A stretch of DNA of 64,000 bases from the IMG/VR virus record IMGVR_UViG_2595698685_000001, positions 58,025 through 122,024 of that record. One strand, given 5' to 3'. Source of the stretch: a virus. Its lineage: Duplodnaviria > Caudoviricetes. The notes under the pieces are model-generated. The model was not told where the DNA came from. It searched no databases and saw only the letters and a list, made by a program, of their open reading frames with translations. The translations under genes were made by a program, and so were the position numbers. Shown in pieces: positions 20,103 to 30,400 of this stretch. Position 1 is the first letter of the stretch, and each line of letters opens with the position of its first letter.

Positions 20103-20584
20103 CAGATAGCAGAGAAAAAGGGAAAAGAGGGGAGTATCAAGTAAGAGATAAACTCCGTCAAGTAACAGGGCTTTCAGAGTGGGAACGAGTTCCTGGCTCT
20201 GGAGCCTTTGGACAAAACCACGGATTGAAAGGAGATGTGTACCTTCCTGCAACCTGTGAGTATAGAAGTAAGTACTGCATAGAGGTTAAATGGTATGCCG
20301 GAGATAACATTTCTAGCAATCTACTTAACGCTACAGAATCTATACTAGAGAAGTGGTGGTCTCAAACAGTCCGAGAAGCTGAACAGATGCACATGAGACC
20401 TCTTCTAGTCTTTAAAAAAGACAGAGGGGACTGGTTAATAGCCTTAAGTACTGATGATCCTTTAGTGGATATACTATTCGTGAGTCCGCATATCATATTA
20501 GGTAAGGGCGGATTTGAAATCGTAATTGGAAACTTTGATAAGTGGGTAGGTTTCAACCGTTCCCTCATGCTGGAGAAGAAATAA
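20099..20584 (+). CDS. D14: D14 PD-(D/E)xK endonuclease / Holliday-junction resolvase-like
   Basis: KGKRGE...GDV...IEVK. Confidence 0.88.
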   Translation: MTDSREKGKRGEYQVRDKLRQVTGLSEWERVPGSGAFGQNHGLKGDVYLPATCEYRSKYCIEVKWYAGDNISSNLLNATESILEKWWSQTVREAEQMHMRPLLVFKKDRGDWLIALSTDDPLVDILFVSPHIILGKGGFEIVIGNFDKWVGFNRSLMLEKK

Positions 20585-20586
20585 TA

Positions 20587-21471
20587 GTGAAATCTTGGAA
20601 AACTATGGCCGAAGAGGCCGAAGCAGAAGTAAAAGCCCGCCGTAATCTAGTAATTATTGATGGAACTAACTTAGCATTTCGTTTTAACGGAAACAAGGGA
20701 GAGTCCTTTTCCACAAGCTATACTAAGACTATCAATTCTTTTGCTAAGTCGTATAGTGCTAGGCATACTATTGTACTAGGAGATAAGGGCAAATCAATAT
20801 TCAGAACAGAGATAGATCCTGAGTACAAGGCGAACAGGGATGCTAAGTATGATAGCCAATCTGAGCAGGAGAAAGAAGAAAGTAGAGCATTCTTCGAATG
20901 TGTAGCAGAAGCATTTGAGCTATGTGCTGCAATCCTACCCACTATACGAATTAGAGGTATAGAAGCAGATGACATAGCAGCGTATATTAAGGCTAGGATT
21001 GGTCATTTATACGACCATATCTGGCTTATATCTACAGATGGAGACTGGGATATTCTACTGGATGAGAAAACATCTAGATTCTCCTTCCAGACTCGAAAAG
21101 AGTATAGAATAGAAACTATGTATGATCACCATGGGGTTGATACTGTAGACCAGTTTATCTCATTGAAAGCAATTATGGGGGATACAGGAGATAACATTAT
21201 TGGTGTAGAGGGCATAGGAATCAAAAGAGGATATAATATTATTAAAGAGTACGGGAGTGCCCTAGATATTATAGACCAGATTCCACTTCCAGGTAAACAA
21301 AAGTTTATTCAAAACTTAAATGCATCAGGAGACTTAATTATGAGGAATTTAAGTCTAGTAGATTTAAATAGCTTCTGTGTGGACGCTATTATGGCAGTGG
21401 GGCAAGACGCAATGGATTCTATTAACAAAGTACTGGATACCCTAGCAGAGGAGATTACTAATGGAAATTAA
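20587..21471 (+). CDS. D15: D15 flap endonuclease / 5'-3' exonuclease
   Basis: IDGTNL, YKANR, EADD, STDGDW, GDTGDNIIGVEGIG; GTG start giving MKSW like T5 D15. Confidence 0.93.
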   Translation: MKSWKTMAEEAEAEVKARRNLVIIDGTNLAFRFNGNKGESFSTSYTKTINSFAKSYSARHTIVLGDKGKSIFRTEIDPEYKANRDAKYDSQSEQEKEESRAFFECVAEAFELCAAILPTIRIRGIEADDIAAYIKARIGHLYDHIWLISTDGDWDILLDEKTSRFSFQTRKEYRIETMYDHHGVDTVDQFISLKAIMGDTGDNIIGVEGIGIKRGYNIIKEYGSALDIIDQIPLPGKQKFIQNLNASGDLIMRNLSLVDLNSFCVDAIMAVGQDAMDSINKVLDTLAEEITNGN

Positions 21472-21904
21472 GTTAGCATATTTAGAATGCATGCCTCATG
21501 TAGGAAGTGAAGAAGCAGCAGGAATGGATTTACGATTATATCTAGGAAATAAATCAACTGATATAATGACGGTGATCCCCCCAGGAGAAACAAAACGGTA
21601 TAGAACAGGGGTTAGTGTAGCGATTCCTAAGGGATGGGTAGGACTAATAGCCCCTAGAAGCTCTACTGGCAGACTAAAGTGTAGACTTGCTAACACGTTA
21701 GGAGTTATAGATTCTGATTATCGTGGAGAATTAGCTATGGAAATAACTAATGATGGTACAGAAGATGTAATTCTTGAAAACTTCCAAAGAATTGTGCAAA
21801 TGGTGATAGTACCACACTACAACCCACACTCTTTCACTGTAGTTGATGAGCTTTCAGAGACTAATCGTGGGGAGAAAGGATGGGGATCTTCAGGAAAAGT
21901 ATAA
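21461..21904 (+). CDS. dut: dUTPase
   Basis: AGMDL, PRSS, GVIDSDYRGE, RGEKGWGSSG. Confidence 0.95.
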   Translation: MEIKLAYLECMPHVGSEEAAGMDLRLYLGNKSTDIMTVIPPGETKRYRTGVSVAIPKGWVGLIAPRSSTGRLKCRLANTLGVIDSDYRGELAMEITNDGTEDVILENFQRIVQMVIVPHYNPHSFTVVDELSETNRGEKGWGSSGKV

Positions 21905-21917
21905 TAGATAATAAAAG

Positions 21918-21947
21918 AAAAGCCAACCCTCGCAGGTTGGCTTTTTT
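21918..21947. terminator. Bidirectional terminator between convergent early and late operons
   Basis: AAAAGCCAACC/GGTTGGCTTTT with A tract on the left and T tract on the right. Confidence 0.85.
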
Positions 21948-21957
21948 GCTTATAAAT

Positions 21958-24900
21958 TTACGCAGTTCTTGTAGGAATACCCCATATTAAAACACGATAG
22001 TTGTCACTACCATACGGAGTAATAGTCATAGTAAATTGCATGCAGTTATTTTGGGTTATACCTTCCTTAATATGCATAGTACAAACGTGAGAGTCCACAT
22101 TAGCACCTTCTATATTAAATACTTCAAAGGATGGGGTATCTACCGTAATCATTGCTCCAGCTATACTTCTACCAATAGTGGATATAGATCCTTCTGATGA
22201 CGGAGTACTCTGTCTAGTATATATAATATCCATACTAGCTGGAGCACTAGGAGCAGGGGAAGAACCTACTCTCTGTAGAGAACACGTCACAGTATCCGTA
22301 GATTTTGTAACAACCCATTTTAAACTGAGAGTTAAACCTCCCCCTACCATAGAAAACGGTAGTTCTACCGTATCACTAGACTCTTCTAAGAAATCTAGCA
22401 CAGAAATAGGTTCGAACCCACCACCGCTTATATTAGCATCTACGTATGCTTTAGTAGCTGCATCATTAGGATTAATAGGATCTGTAACATTTATTAGGCG
22501 TCTAGTAGGCACCTTAGTAGTACCTACACCCCCACCAAATGAAACAACAGGAGCGTCATCATAGTTGTCTCCAGAAGCATAAGTACCTGCTGTGGAGTAA
22601 CTACCTATAGCTACAGAATAATTACCATACGCATTTGCACAAAATCCTAGTGCTATAGCCTGTGCATTGTAGTCAACCTTTTTGGTTCTAGCGTGGGAAT
22701 TAGTCCCTATAGCAATACTATTATGGTAAGCTACAGTCTCTCCGTAATCAAATGGGTAATCTGCAGTAGCATAGTCGCTACCAGAGGCACCTATAGCGAT
22801 ACCATAAGAAATATAGTCTTGTAGTCCACCACTAGGGTCTGTACCATCCTCATTATTCTTATATGTCACGTTAGCCTGATTACCAATAGATATAGACTGA
22901 CCATACCCGTGTTGGTTAGCACCTATAACAATACCTTTAGGTCCGTAAGCTCTAACATTATTACCTATAGCTGTACCACCGTAGCTGTTACTTCCAGAAC
23001 CTATAATAATACCGTCAGGAGCATTGTTAGTAAAAGAGTTATTACCTATAATGATGCTGTTAGGTACGTAGGCCCCAGAATATGCACCTACTACAGTTGT
23101 ATTAGCTTCATCAGCGTATGTTCCAGCTCCTATAGAAACTCCTGTATCTACTGCATTAGCACCATCCCCCATAGCAACACCATTACCTGTTGAAACTGAG
23201 GAAGTACCGAATGCTAGGCTAGTACCACCTGACTTAGCATTGTTACCTATGGCAACTCCTGTATCTGTAGATTCCGCAGTATCTCCTAGGGACACGCCTC
23301 CAACAGACTTAGCGTTATTACCTATTGATGTACCTGCTCCCGCGCTGCTTGTGTTACCAATAGTAACCCCCGTACTTGTAACAGATCCTCTACCTATTGT
23401 AATACCTGTTCCTGTAACAGAAGCTTGGTAACCAATAGCAGTACCTTGTAGGGATATTGACTTGTAACCAAATGCTACACCAGTATTACCCGTAACTTTA
23501 GCACCGTATCCGGAAGCTACCCCACTATCTGTAGCTGCTGTAGGAGCTTCGAATGTAGATACATCTAGAATCTGACTAATAGGGTATCTTGTCCCAGCAA
23601 TAATAGCACTGTTAGCTGCACTAGCTGCCGCTTCTTCCGCAGCCTCTTGCGCCGCCTGAGCTGCCACTTTACTAGAGTCTGATGCTTGAGCTCCTAGAGT
23701 AGCAGTATTGGCACTAGCTAACGCTTCTGCAGCTTTGGTGGTTGCAGTATCTGCAGAAGTCTGAGCACTAGTAGCACTGTCACTAGAGTTGTTGGAGTAC
23801 TCTAGAGAGTCTGCTGCTGCTTCTGTAGCCACATTTGATGCTGCCGCTGCCGCTGTTGCGGAGTTAGTAGCTGCTGTAGCACTAGTAGAAGCTGAAGTTG
23901 CAGAGGCTTGAGCAGCGTTAGCAGAAGCTAAGGCATTTGATGCACTAGAGCTAGCCTCTGTAGCTTTAGTAGTAGCAGTAGTTGCTCCAGTTGTAGCTGT
24001 CACAGCGCTAGCACTTGCCTCTGTAGCTTTAGTGGTTGCTGTAGTTGCAGACGTTTGTGCTGATGTTGCACTATTAGCTGCTTGTTGACTACTTGCAGTA
24101 GCAGATGTTGCAGCTTCTGTTGCTTCTGTTGCTTTTGCTGTTGCGTTAGTAGAAGCATTAACCGCCGCTGTACTTGCACTGGAAGCTGTTGTTGATGCAG
24201 CCACGGCTGCTTCTTCACTATCCTTAGCGTTATCTTCGGACTCTTTAGCTGCTGTTGCAGAATTAGTGGCCTCAGATGCTCCTGTAGTAGCAGTTGTAGC
24301 AGCATCAGACGCGGTAGTAGCAGACTCTGTAGCACTTGTTGCACTAGCTAAAGCCTCAGCAGCTTTAGTAGTTGCTGTAGTTGCAGCAGTAGTTGCAGCA
24401 GTAGCTGAAGTCTGTGCACTAGTGGCACTTTCAGCAGCAGTAGTAGCATCTTCATCAGCACTGGCAGCTGATACTGCAGCTGAAGTTTCACTAGTTTTGG
24501 CTGCTAATTCACTAGCTTTAGCATTTAACTCTGATGTATGCGCTGCTAACTCACTAGCCTTAGAGTTTACTTCCGAAGCTGCTGCTTGTGTTGCGTATTC
24601 TTCTACATCTTCCGCTGCTGTAGCGACGCTTGCTGCCGCTGTTTGTGCAGAAGTTGCTGCCTCTGTAGCTGCATTTTGAGAAGCTAGGGCAGCTGTTGCA
24701 GAGTTAGCCGCTGCTGTAGCTCTACCAGTGGCTGTAGTAGCTGCCGTAGTAGCTTCTGTAGCTTTAGTAGTAGCCGTAGCTGCACCTGTTGACGCAGTAG
24801 TAGCACTTGCTGAAGCCTCATTAGCTTTAGTAGTAGCTGTAGTTGCACCGGTTGTAGCTGTAGTAGCTGCAGACTGAGCACTAGTAGCACTTGCTGAAGC

Positions 24901-25674
24901 AGAGGTAGAAGCTGTAGTTGCAGTAGTTGCAGCAGTACTAGCTGTTGTTGCAGATGTACTTGCTTCTGCAGCTTTAGTGGTTGCAGTAGTTGCACCTGTT
25001 GAGGCTGTAGTAGCACTGGCTAAGGCTTCTCCTGCTTTAGTAGTTGCAGTAGTTGCAGCTGTAGTTGCAGTAGTTGCAGCTGTAGTTGCTTCGCTGGCTT
25101 TAGTAGTCGCAGTGTTAGCACCTGTAGTTGCTGTAGTTGCGGAAGTCTGAGCACTTGTAGCACTATTCTGCGCTATTGTTCTACTATTTGATGCAGATAT
25201 AGCAGAGGAGCTAGCTTCAGCAGCTTTAGTAGTTGCTGTAGTTGCACTAGCTAATGCTGATGCAGCAGCGTTCTGGGCTACAGTTACTGATTCCCCTACC
25301 TGTTCAATGATATCTTCAGCAGCATCGTTAACTGCTGCTATAGCATCATCTTTGATCGCAACAACTTCGTCTCTAGCATCTGATGCTGAAGAAGCCGCCG
25401 AAGCTGCATCAACAGCATTAACCGCCGCTGTACTTGCACTGGAAGCTGCTTGTGTAGCGCTAGTAGAGGCACTGTTAGCAAATCCTTGGGCAGTATTAGC
25501 TGAGCTATCAGCTTGTTCTGCCGCTGTTTGGGCTTGCTCTACGTATCCTGCCATTTCAGCAGCGGTTAAACCTCCAATACTAGTAGCTAGCTGAATAGTA
25601 TATTTAGGATACTTAGATACTGTTAGGGAATCTTCGTAAGGTAAAACTTGTTGAACAATTATCTTAGTTGCCAT
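21958..25674 (-). CDS. ltf: Lateral (L-shaped) tail fibre with Ala/Thr-rich coiled coil and YadA-like head/neck repeats
   Basis: Position of T5 pb1; long Ala/Thr/Ser repeat shaft; repeated (A/S)IG motifs; VVSFG..RRLINVTDP..NDAATKAYVD neck/stalk motif. Confidence 0.85.
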   Translation of the reverse strand: MATKIIVQQVLPYEDSLTVSKYPKYTIQLATSIGGLTAAEMAGYVEQAQTAAEQADSSANTAQGFANSASTSATQAASSASTAAVNAVDAASAASSASDARDEVVAIKDDAIAAVNDAAEDIIEQVGESVTVAQNAAASALASATTATTKAAEASSSAISASNSRTIAQNSATSAQTSATTATTGANTATTKASEATTAATTATTAATTATTKAGEALASATTASTGATTATTKAAEASTSATTASTAATTATTASTSASASATSAQSAATTATTGATTATTKANEASASATTASTGAATATTKATEATTAATTATGRATAAANSATAALASQNAATEAATSAQTAAASVATAAEDVEEYATQAAASEVNSKASELAAHTSELNAKASELAAKTSETSAAVSAASADEDATTAAESATSAQTSATAATTAATTATTKAAEALASATSATESATTASDAATTATTGASEATNSATAAKESEDNAKDSEEAAVAASTTASSASTAAVNASTNATAKATEATEAATSATASSQQAANSATSAQTSATTATTKATEASASAVTATTGATTATTKATEASSSASNALASANAAQASATSASTSATAATNSATAAAAASNVATEAAADSLEYSNNSSDSATSAQTSADTATTKAAEALASANTATLGAQASDSSKVAAQAAQEAAEEAAASAANSAIIAGTRYPISQILDVSTFEAPTAATDSGVASGYGAKVTGNTGVAFGYKSISLQGTAIGYQASVTGTGITIGRGSVTSTGVTIGNTSSAGAGTSIGNNAKSVGGVSLGDTAESTDTGVAIGNNAKSGGTSLAFGTSSVSTGNGVAMGDGANAVDTGVSIGAGTYADEANTTVVGAYSGAYVPNSIIIGNNSFTNNAPDGIIIGSGSNSYGGTAIGNNVRAYGPKGIVIGANQHGYGQSISIGNQANVTYKNNEDGTDPSGGLQDYISYGIAIGASGSDYATADYPFDYGETVAYHNSIAIGTNSHARTKKVDYNAQAIALGFCANAYGNYSVAIGSYSTAGTYASGDNYDDAPVVSFGGGVGTTKVPTRRLINVTDPINPNDAATKAYVDANISGGGFEPISVLDFLEESSDTVELPFSMVGGGLTLSLKWVVTKSTDTVTCSLQRVGSSPAPSAPASMDIIYTRQSTPSSEGSISTIGRSIAGAMITVDTPSFEVFNIEGANVDSHVCTMHIKEGITQNNCMQFTMTITPYGSDNYRVLIWGIPTRTA

Positions 25675-26053
25675 CTGTTACTCCTAGGCTTATAATAACT
25701 CTGCCCTGCATGATTCGGAAAGATTTGGTACCATTAACTAGCAGAAGGTCGTAATAGCCGACCATTCTCTGACGTATATCGTATGCACTCAAGGGCTTGT
25801 CACTCATATTATCAACTAGAATTTGCACAGAAGCCTTAGATAGAAGTATAGATGCTAGTCCTCCAGTGGCAGAAGTTATTTCCGTATCAAAATCTGTAAG
25901 TGTTGAGGCATCTTCTAGTTCTTTTTTAATACTGCCTCTTAAAGTAAACCCTGTTAAATCTGAAACCGTACCGTCATCTTCTTGAAACTGAAGTACAAGA
26001 CCAAAAGGCACGTTTTGGTCTACTATTAAGTCTAACGTTTTATTCTCTGTCAT
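25664..26053 (-). CDS. Tail collar protein (p132-like)
   Basis: 129 aa between central-fibre region and ltf; GYYDLL..RIMQG.V motif. Confidence 0.75.
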   Translation of the reverse strand: MTENKTLDLIVDQNVPFGLVLQFQEDDGTVSDLTGFTLRGSIKKELEDASTLTDFDTEITSATGGLASILLSKASVQILVDNMSDKPLSAYDIRQRMVGYYDLLLVNGTKSFRIMQGRVIISLGVTDGN

Positions 26054-26063
26054 TTAGTTTTCC

Positions 26064-26358
26064 TTAAAAGTTAAAGTAATTATCTGCGTCTATGAAAATA
26101 CTCTGAGCGAAGTCTAGGGTCATAAAAGGCGACGCGTACCCCCAGTTAACTCCGTTAGCTGTTAATTGGTTGCCCTTACTGGCTCTCCAATATTCAACAG
26201 GGCCATTCTTAGCACAACGTTCTGGTAAAAAACATAGGTCTATTAATACCAGGTATACTAAAAGTAAATGTATCCGAAGGGTTTGTTATAATCTTACCTG
26301 TACCTACCTGCATGTCTGAAGAGTTAAATACTACATCACCATTCTTAGCCCATATATT
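26064..26358 (-). pseudogene. Duplicated 3' fragment of the 314-aa tip gene
   Basis: Copy of 26527-26820 with no start codon and a 1-nt insertion. Confidence 0.75.
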
Positions 26359-26516
26359 GTAAGTGTTGAGGCATCTTCTAGTTCTTTTTTAATACTGCCT
26401 CTTAAAGTAAACCCTGTTAAATCTGAAACCGTACCGTCATCTTCTTGAAACTGAAGTACAAGACCAAAAGGCACGTTTTGGTCTACTATTAAGTCTAACG
26501 TTTTATTCTCTGTCAT
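26331..26516 (-). pseudogene. Truncated duplicate of the collar gene
   Basis: First 53 aa identical to 25664-26053, then 8 unrelated residues and a stop. Confidence 0.8.
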
Positions 26517-26526
26517 TTAGTTTTCC

Positions 26527-27471
26527 TTAAAAGTTAAAGTAATTATCTGCGTCTATGAAAATACTCTGAGCGAAGTCTAGGGTCATAAAAGGCGACGCGT
26601 ACCCCCAGTTAACTCCGTTAGCTGTTAATTGGTTGCCCTTACTGGCTCTCCAATATTCAACAGGGCCATTCTTAGCACAACGTTCTGGTAAAAACATAGG
26701 TCTATTAATACCAGGTATACTAAAAGTAAATGTATCCGAAGGGTTTGTTATAATCTTACCTGTACCTACCTGCATGTCTGAAGAGTTAAATACTACATCA
26801 CCATTCTTAGCCCATATATTAATACCAGAACTAGTAGCTCTTAATGTAGTTCTTGATAGTATTACTACCTTTGCAGGCCAGCTCCTACCATGGTTATAGT
26901 AACCATTCCAATCCATAAATCGTAAACTACCATTATCTGTTCCTATCATTGCGTAGTCACCTTCATAGTAGTAAAAACACAAGTGCGTACTATCATTAAA
27001 ACTTGGTAATACATTCCTAGGGTGCCATCCAGTGTACACTGTTACATCTCCATAGTATACACAAGTAGTTACCTTGGTTCCATCAGATAATTCTGTGTAG
27101 CGATTACCTCCTAATATACTTATACCATAAGACGATGTTTTTACATCTAACTTAGGTACCAATAGGATATACCAGTAAGTACCCCTAAGAATATAAGTAT
27201 TCCTAATATAGTCTGGTATAATATGTAGTACCACTTGTCCTGCGTTATTTATGTAGTGAGTTATATAAGAAGAAGGAGTATCCGGTGTATGAGATAAGGA
27301 AGTAGGAACTATAACAACAATATCGTACCCCGGTGGGGGTACGTATCCTGTATTATAATGCTGACCTATACTGTTCGTTTGCCCAGCAGCTGCTAAGTAT
27401 ACAAACATTGTATCTTCCGTAAAAGTATAAGGTTTACCCGTACTAGGAGTTATTTGAACACCGTATGCCAT
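26527..27471 (-). CDS. Putative tail-tip / receptor-binding protein
   Basis: 314 aa directly after the central fibre; three repeats of a YGI.I-type motif (MAYGVQI, SYGISI, SSGINIW..NG.VVFNS), as in small proteins downstream of gpJ-like fibres. Confidence 0.6.
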   Translation of the reverse strand: MAYGVQITPSTGKPYTFTEDTMFVYLAAAGQTNSIGQHYNTGYVPPPGYDIVVIVPTSLSHTPDTPSSYITHYINNAGQVVLHIIPDYIRNTYILRGTYWYILLVPKLDVKTSSYGISILGGNRYTELSDGTKVTTCVYYGDVTVYTGWHPRNVLPSFNDSTHLCFYYYEGDYAMIGTDNGSLRFMDWNGYYNHGRSWPAKVVILSRTTLRATSSGINIWAKNGDVVFNSSDMQVGTGKIITNPSDTFTFSIPGINRPMFLPERCAKNGPVEYWRASKGNQLTANGVNWGYASPFMTLDFAQSIFIDADNYFNF

Positions 27472-30400
27472 TATAGTTTTCCTATTCTAACTCTGAGTCT
27501 GTTATTCTCGTCATAAATATCTATCCTCTCATTGGTTATGGTCATTCTACCCCCTGCCCCTGTACTATTCATCTGGATTTGCCCTGTAGCAAAATTTATA
27601 GACGTACCGGTAGAGTTGTTAACAAAGTTATCAGACTCTAGAGTAGTAGATATCTTAGCCCTAGTAATAGCAGCATCCTGAATCTTAGCATTAGTGATAG
27701 TACCATTAGCTATCTTAGCATTAGTAATAGCCGCATCCTGAATCTTGGCACTAGTAATAGACGCATCGATAATCTTAGCACTTGGTATAGTACCATTTAC
27801 TATCATATCCCCATGAACCACCAATGCTGCGGCTGTCCAAGCTGCTCCATTCCAGTACCTTGTAAATGCTATGTTAGGAGCACCTGTTCTATATTGAGTT
27901 AATACATCACCAGCTACAGGCCCAGACCCGAAATTACTTATAAAGAAATTCCAAGCAATAGTAGTGTCAAAGTTTGCTAAGCCAGCTACTGCTTGAGTAT
28001 ATGTACCAACCCCTCTAGTACCCGCAGGCCCTGTTATAGAGTCCCCTTTAGCACCAGTCTCCCCAGTAAGTTTAACTGGTACAGACCAAGCAGATAATAG
28101 AAAACCGGTATCCCCTGTTTTCGTGGCACTACTCATCCATACAACACCACTAGAAGGAGGTGAGTCAGTCCATCCAGGGGGATTCTGTCCTAGAGGCTGA
28201 GGAGGTCGGGTAGTAGAGGCTCTGAAGATAAATGATACATAAGTTCCTGCAGTACCGTTTGTACCGTCTTCCCCTACTACTTTTGCAGCTGGACCCCAAG
28301 CTCCAGAAACTTGTTGTCTCATGTACTTATCCCCAGCAACATAAGTATCGTGCCAGTTATTAACTCCATTTACAGACCATTGAACAAGAACACTGGTACC
28401 ATCATTACCGTCGGTCCCATCTATACCCTTCATAGATAAATCTTCAAAGGATATATCAGTAACCCTAGAGTACCCATTAGCAGTACCATGCGGCCCACTT
28501 CTCTGTATCCATGGTATTATATACGCGACACCATTAGGTATTGTAAGCGTACCTTGTATAACACCCCACCCAGGAGTAGGTGCCCTACCAGCTCCATCTG
28601 CGATAGCCCATGTGACGTGTTCTTTCTCAGCATTTAATAGCCTAGCACCTAGGTATACCGTCTGCTGTGATGCTTCTGTGTTGATCAGTGCTCTAACCTT
28701 ATACTTTTCTCCAGCTACTACTGATACAATATTATTAGCCTCTAGGGTGTCCCTTTCATAGCAAGGCATGTACTTTGTAAAGCCTAAAGGTACAAGTGCA
28801 GAATCATCTTGTATAGGAGAACCATTCCAAGAACCTCGTGAACTGTTTTCAAAGTTAGTAGTGTATATTACATTGTACCCTCTACCAGCTAAAGACTTAG
28901 AAATACTTAGTCTTTTGGTTATGGAACCATAAGTAGGATGGGTAGCAGTCAAATCAGAATACCCTTGAGTTACTCCTACCCCGGGAGCCATTGCAGTAGT
29001 GCTATACAGCCCTGCAGAGTTAATGCTAGTTGTTAAGTTAGATGGGTTAGACACTGAAAAGGTACACTGAGACGTTATATCTGCTGTGCCAAAATATACC
29101 TTAAAATACCCTGTAGCCGAAGTATACACTTGTACGTAGCCGTCTGAGTTAGAATCTAAAACTACAGCTTCGTTAGTTAAGTACCCACTCATAACGTTAG
29201 AACCATCAGTAAGCAGTACTATAGTTATCTTATCAGACATCCCATCACATGTTGCAGTTACAGTAACCCAAGCAAAACCCCCTTGGTTAGCTGAAGTAAG
29301 AGTAGCACCTGTATTACTAACAGATGTTAAAGCTACAGTAGCTCCCGTATTGGACACCGCTGACCAGGTAACGTTTGCAGTAGTACTCTGTCTAAGGGCT
29401 GTGAACACTATACTAGGGGCAGATTTAAGAGTACCGATACCCGTATATACAAAACTTTGAGCGGTAGAAGTAATACTGAACCCTTTAGCAGCAGTACCTG
29501 CAATACCTTCCACACCTGCTATAGATTTAGAGATGCTAAAGATTTTCTCTACAGTACCATAAGTAGGATGAGATGCTCTAAGAGTAATACTACCTAAATT
29601 GGCTGACATTGCAGATATATTATATGTTCCGGAAGCACTACCTATTGCACCAGTAGCAGCGCTAGAAGCTACTAGTGAGAACGTACATGCGGAAGACACA
29701 TCCCAAGTCCCATAAAATACCTTAAACTGTCCTGTAGCAGCAGAAAAACTAGAAACCACTCCAGTAGAACTTGCAGGTACAGACACGGACTCGTTAGTTA
29801 GGTACCCAGTCAGTGCGTTAGATCCGTCAATCAGTCTTACTATAGTTATAACATCGGATATTCCATCGCAAGTTGCAGTAACTGTAACAAACAAGGAAGC
29901 ACCAAAGTTAGCTACAGATAGAGTAGCAGTATCTCCTGTTATACTTAAAGGTACTATAGCACTAGAGTTATTACGTGCAGTCCACGTTATAGTACCCGCG
30001 GCATTTGATCTATTACCTGTGAAGGTAATAGTACTAGCACTCTTAACTGCACCTTCCCCTGTGAAAGAGAAAGACTGAGCTGTACTACTAATACTGAAAT
30101 TTTTAGCAGAAGTACCGTCAGCACCCCTTACTCCTGTCCACATAGAAGGATTACTCCAGACCTCTCCGTCTACTAGTTTGTTTGTTATAGGGTTTAAAAG
30201 ACCTGTAGAAACGTATATAGACTGAAGGCTAGAAGTTCTCGCAGGAGGGGTAGTTGACCAACCTTCTGGAGGGTAATCAGGACTAGCTGGTGGAGATGTA
30301 ATAACAGGGGGAGCTAACCTATATATAAATACTGTCTGTTTACCTTGTAAACCAGTGCTAATATCTATATCCCCACTAGGGGTTCCTATTACTGTATCCC

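Larger units (their letters stand above)
25896..26820. repeat. Tandem duplication, 463 + 462 bp
   Basis: 25896-26358 matches 26359-26820 except for one extra A in an A run near 26227-26232. Confidence 0.92.

Noticed and set aside
23600-25600. Gln/Leu-rich and Ala/Val-rich alternative-frame ORFs; possible repeat array
   Set aside because: By-products of the Ala/Thr codon repeats in the fibre gene; not CRISPR or separate genes
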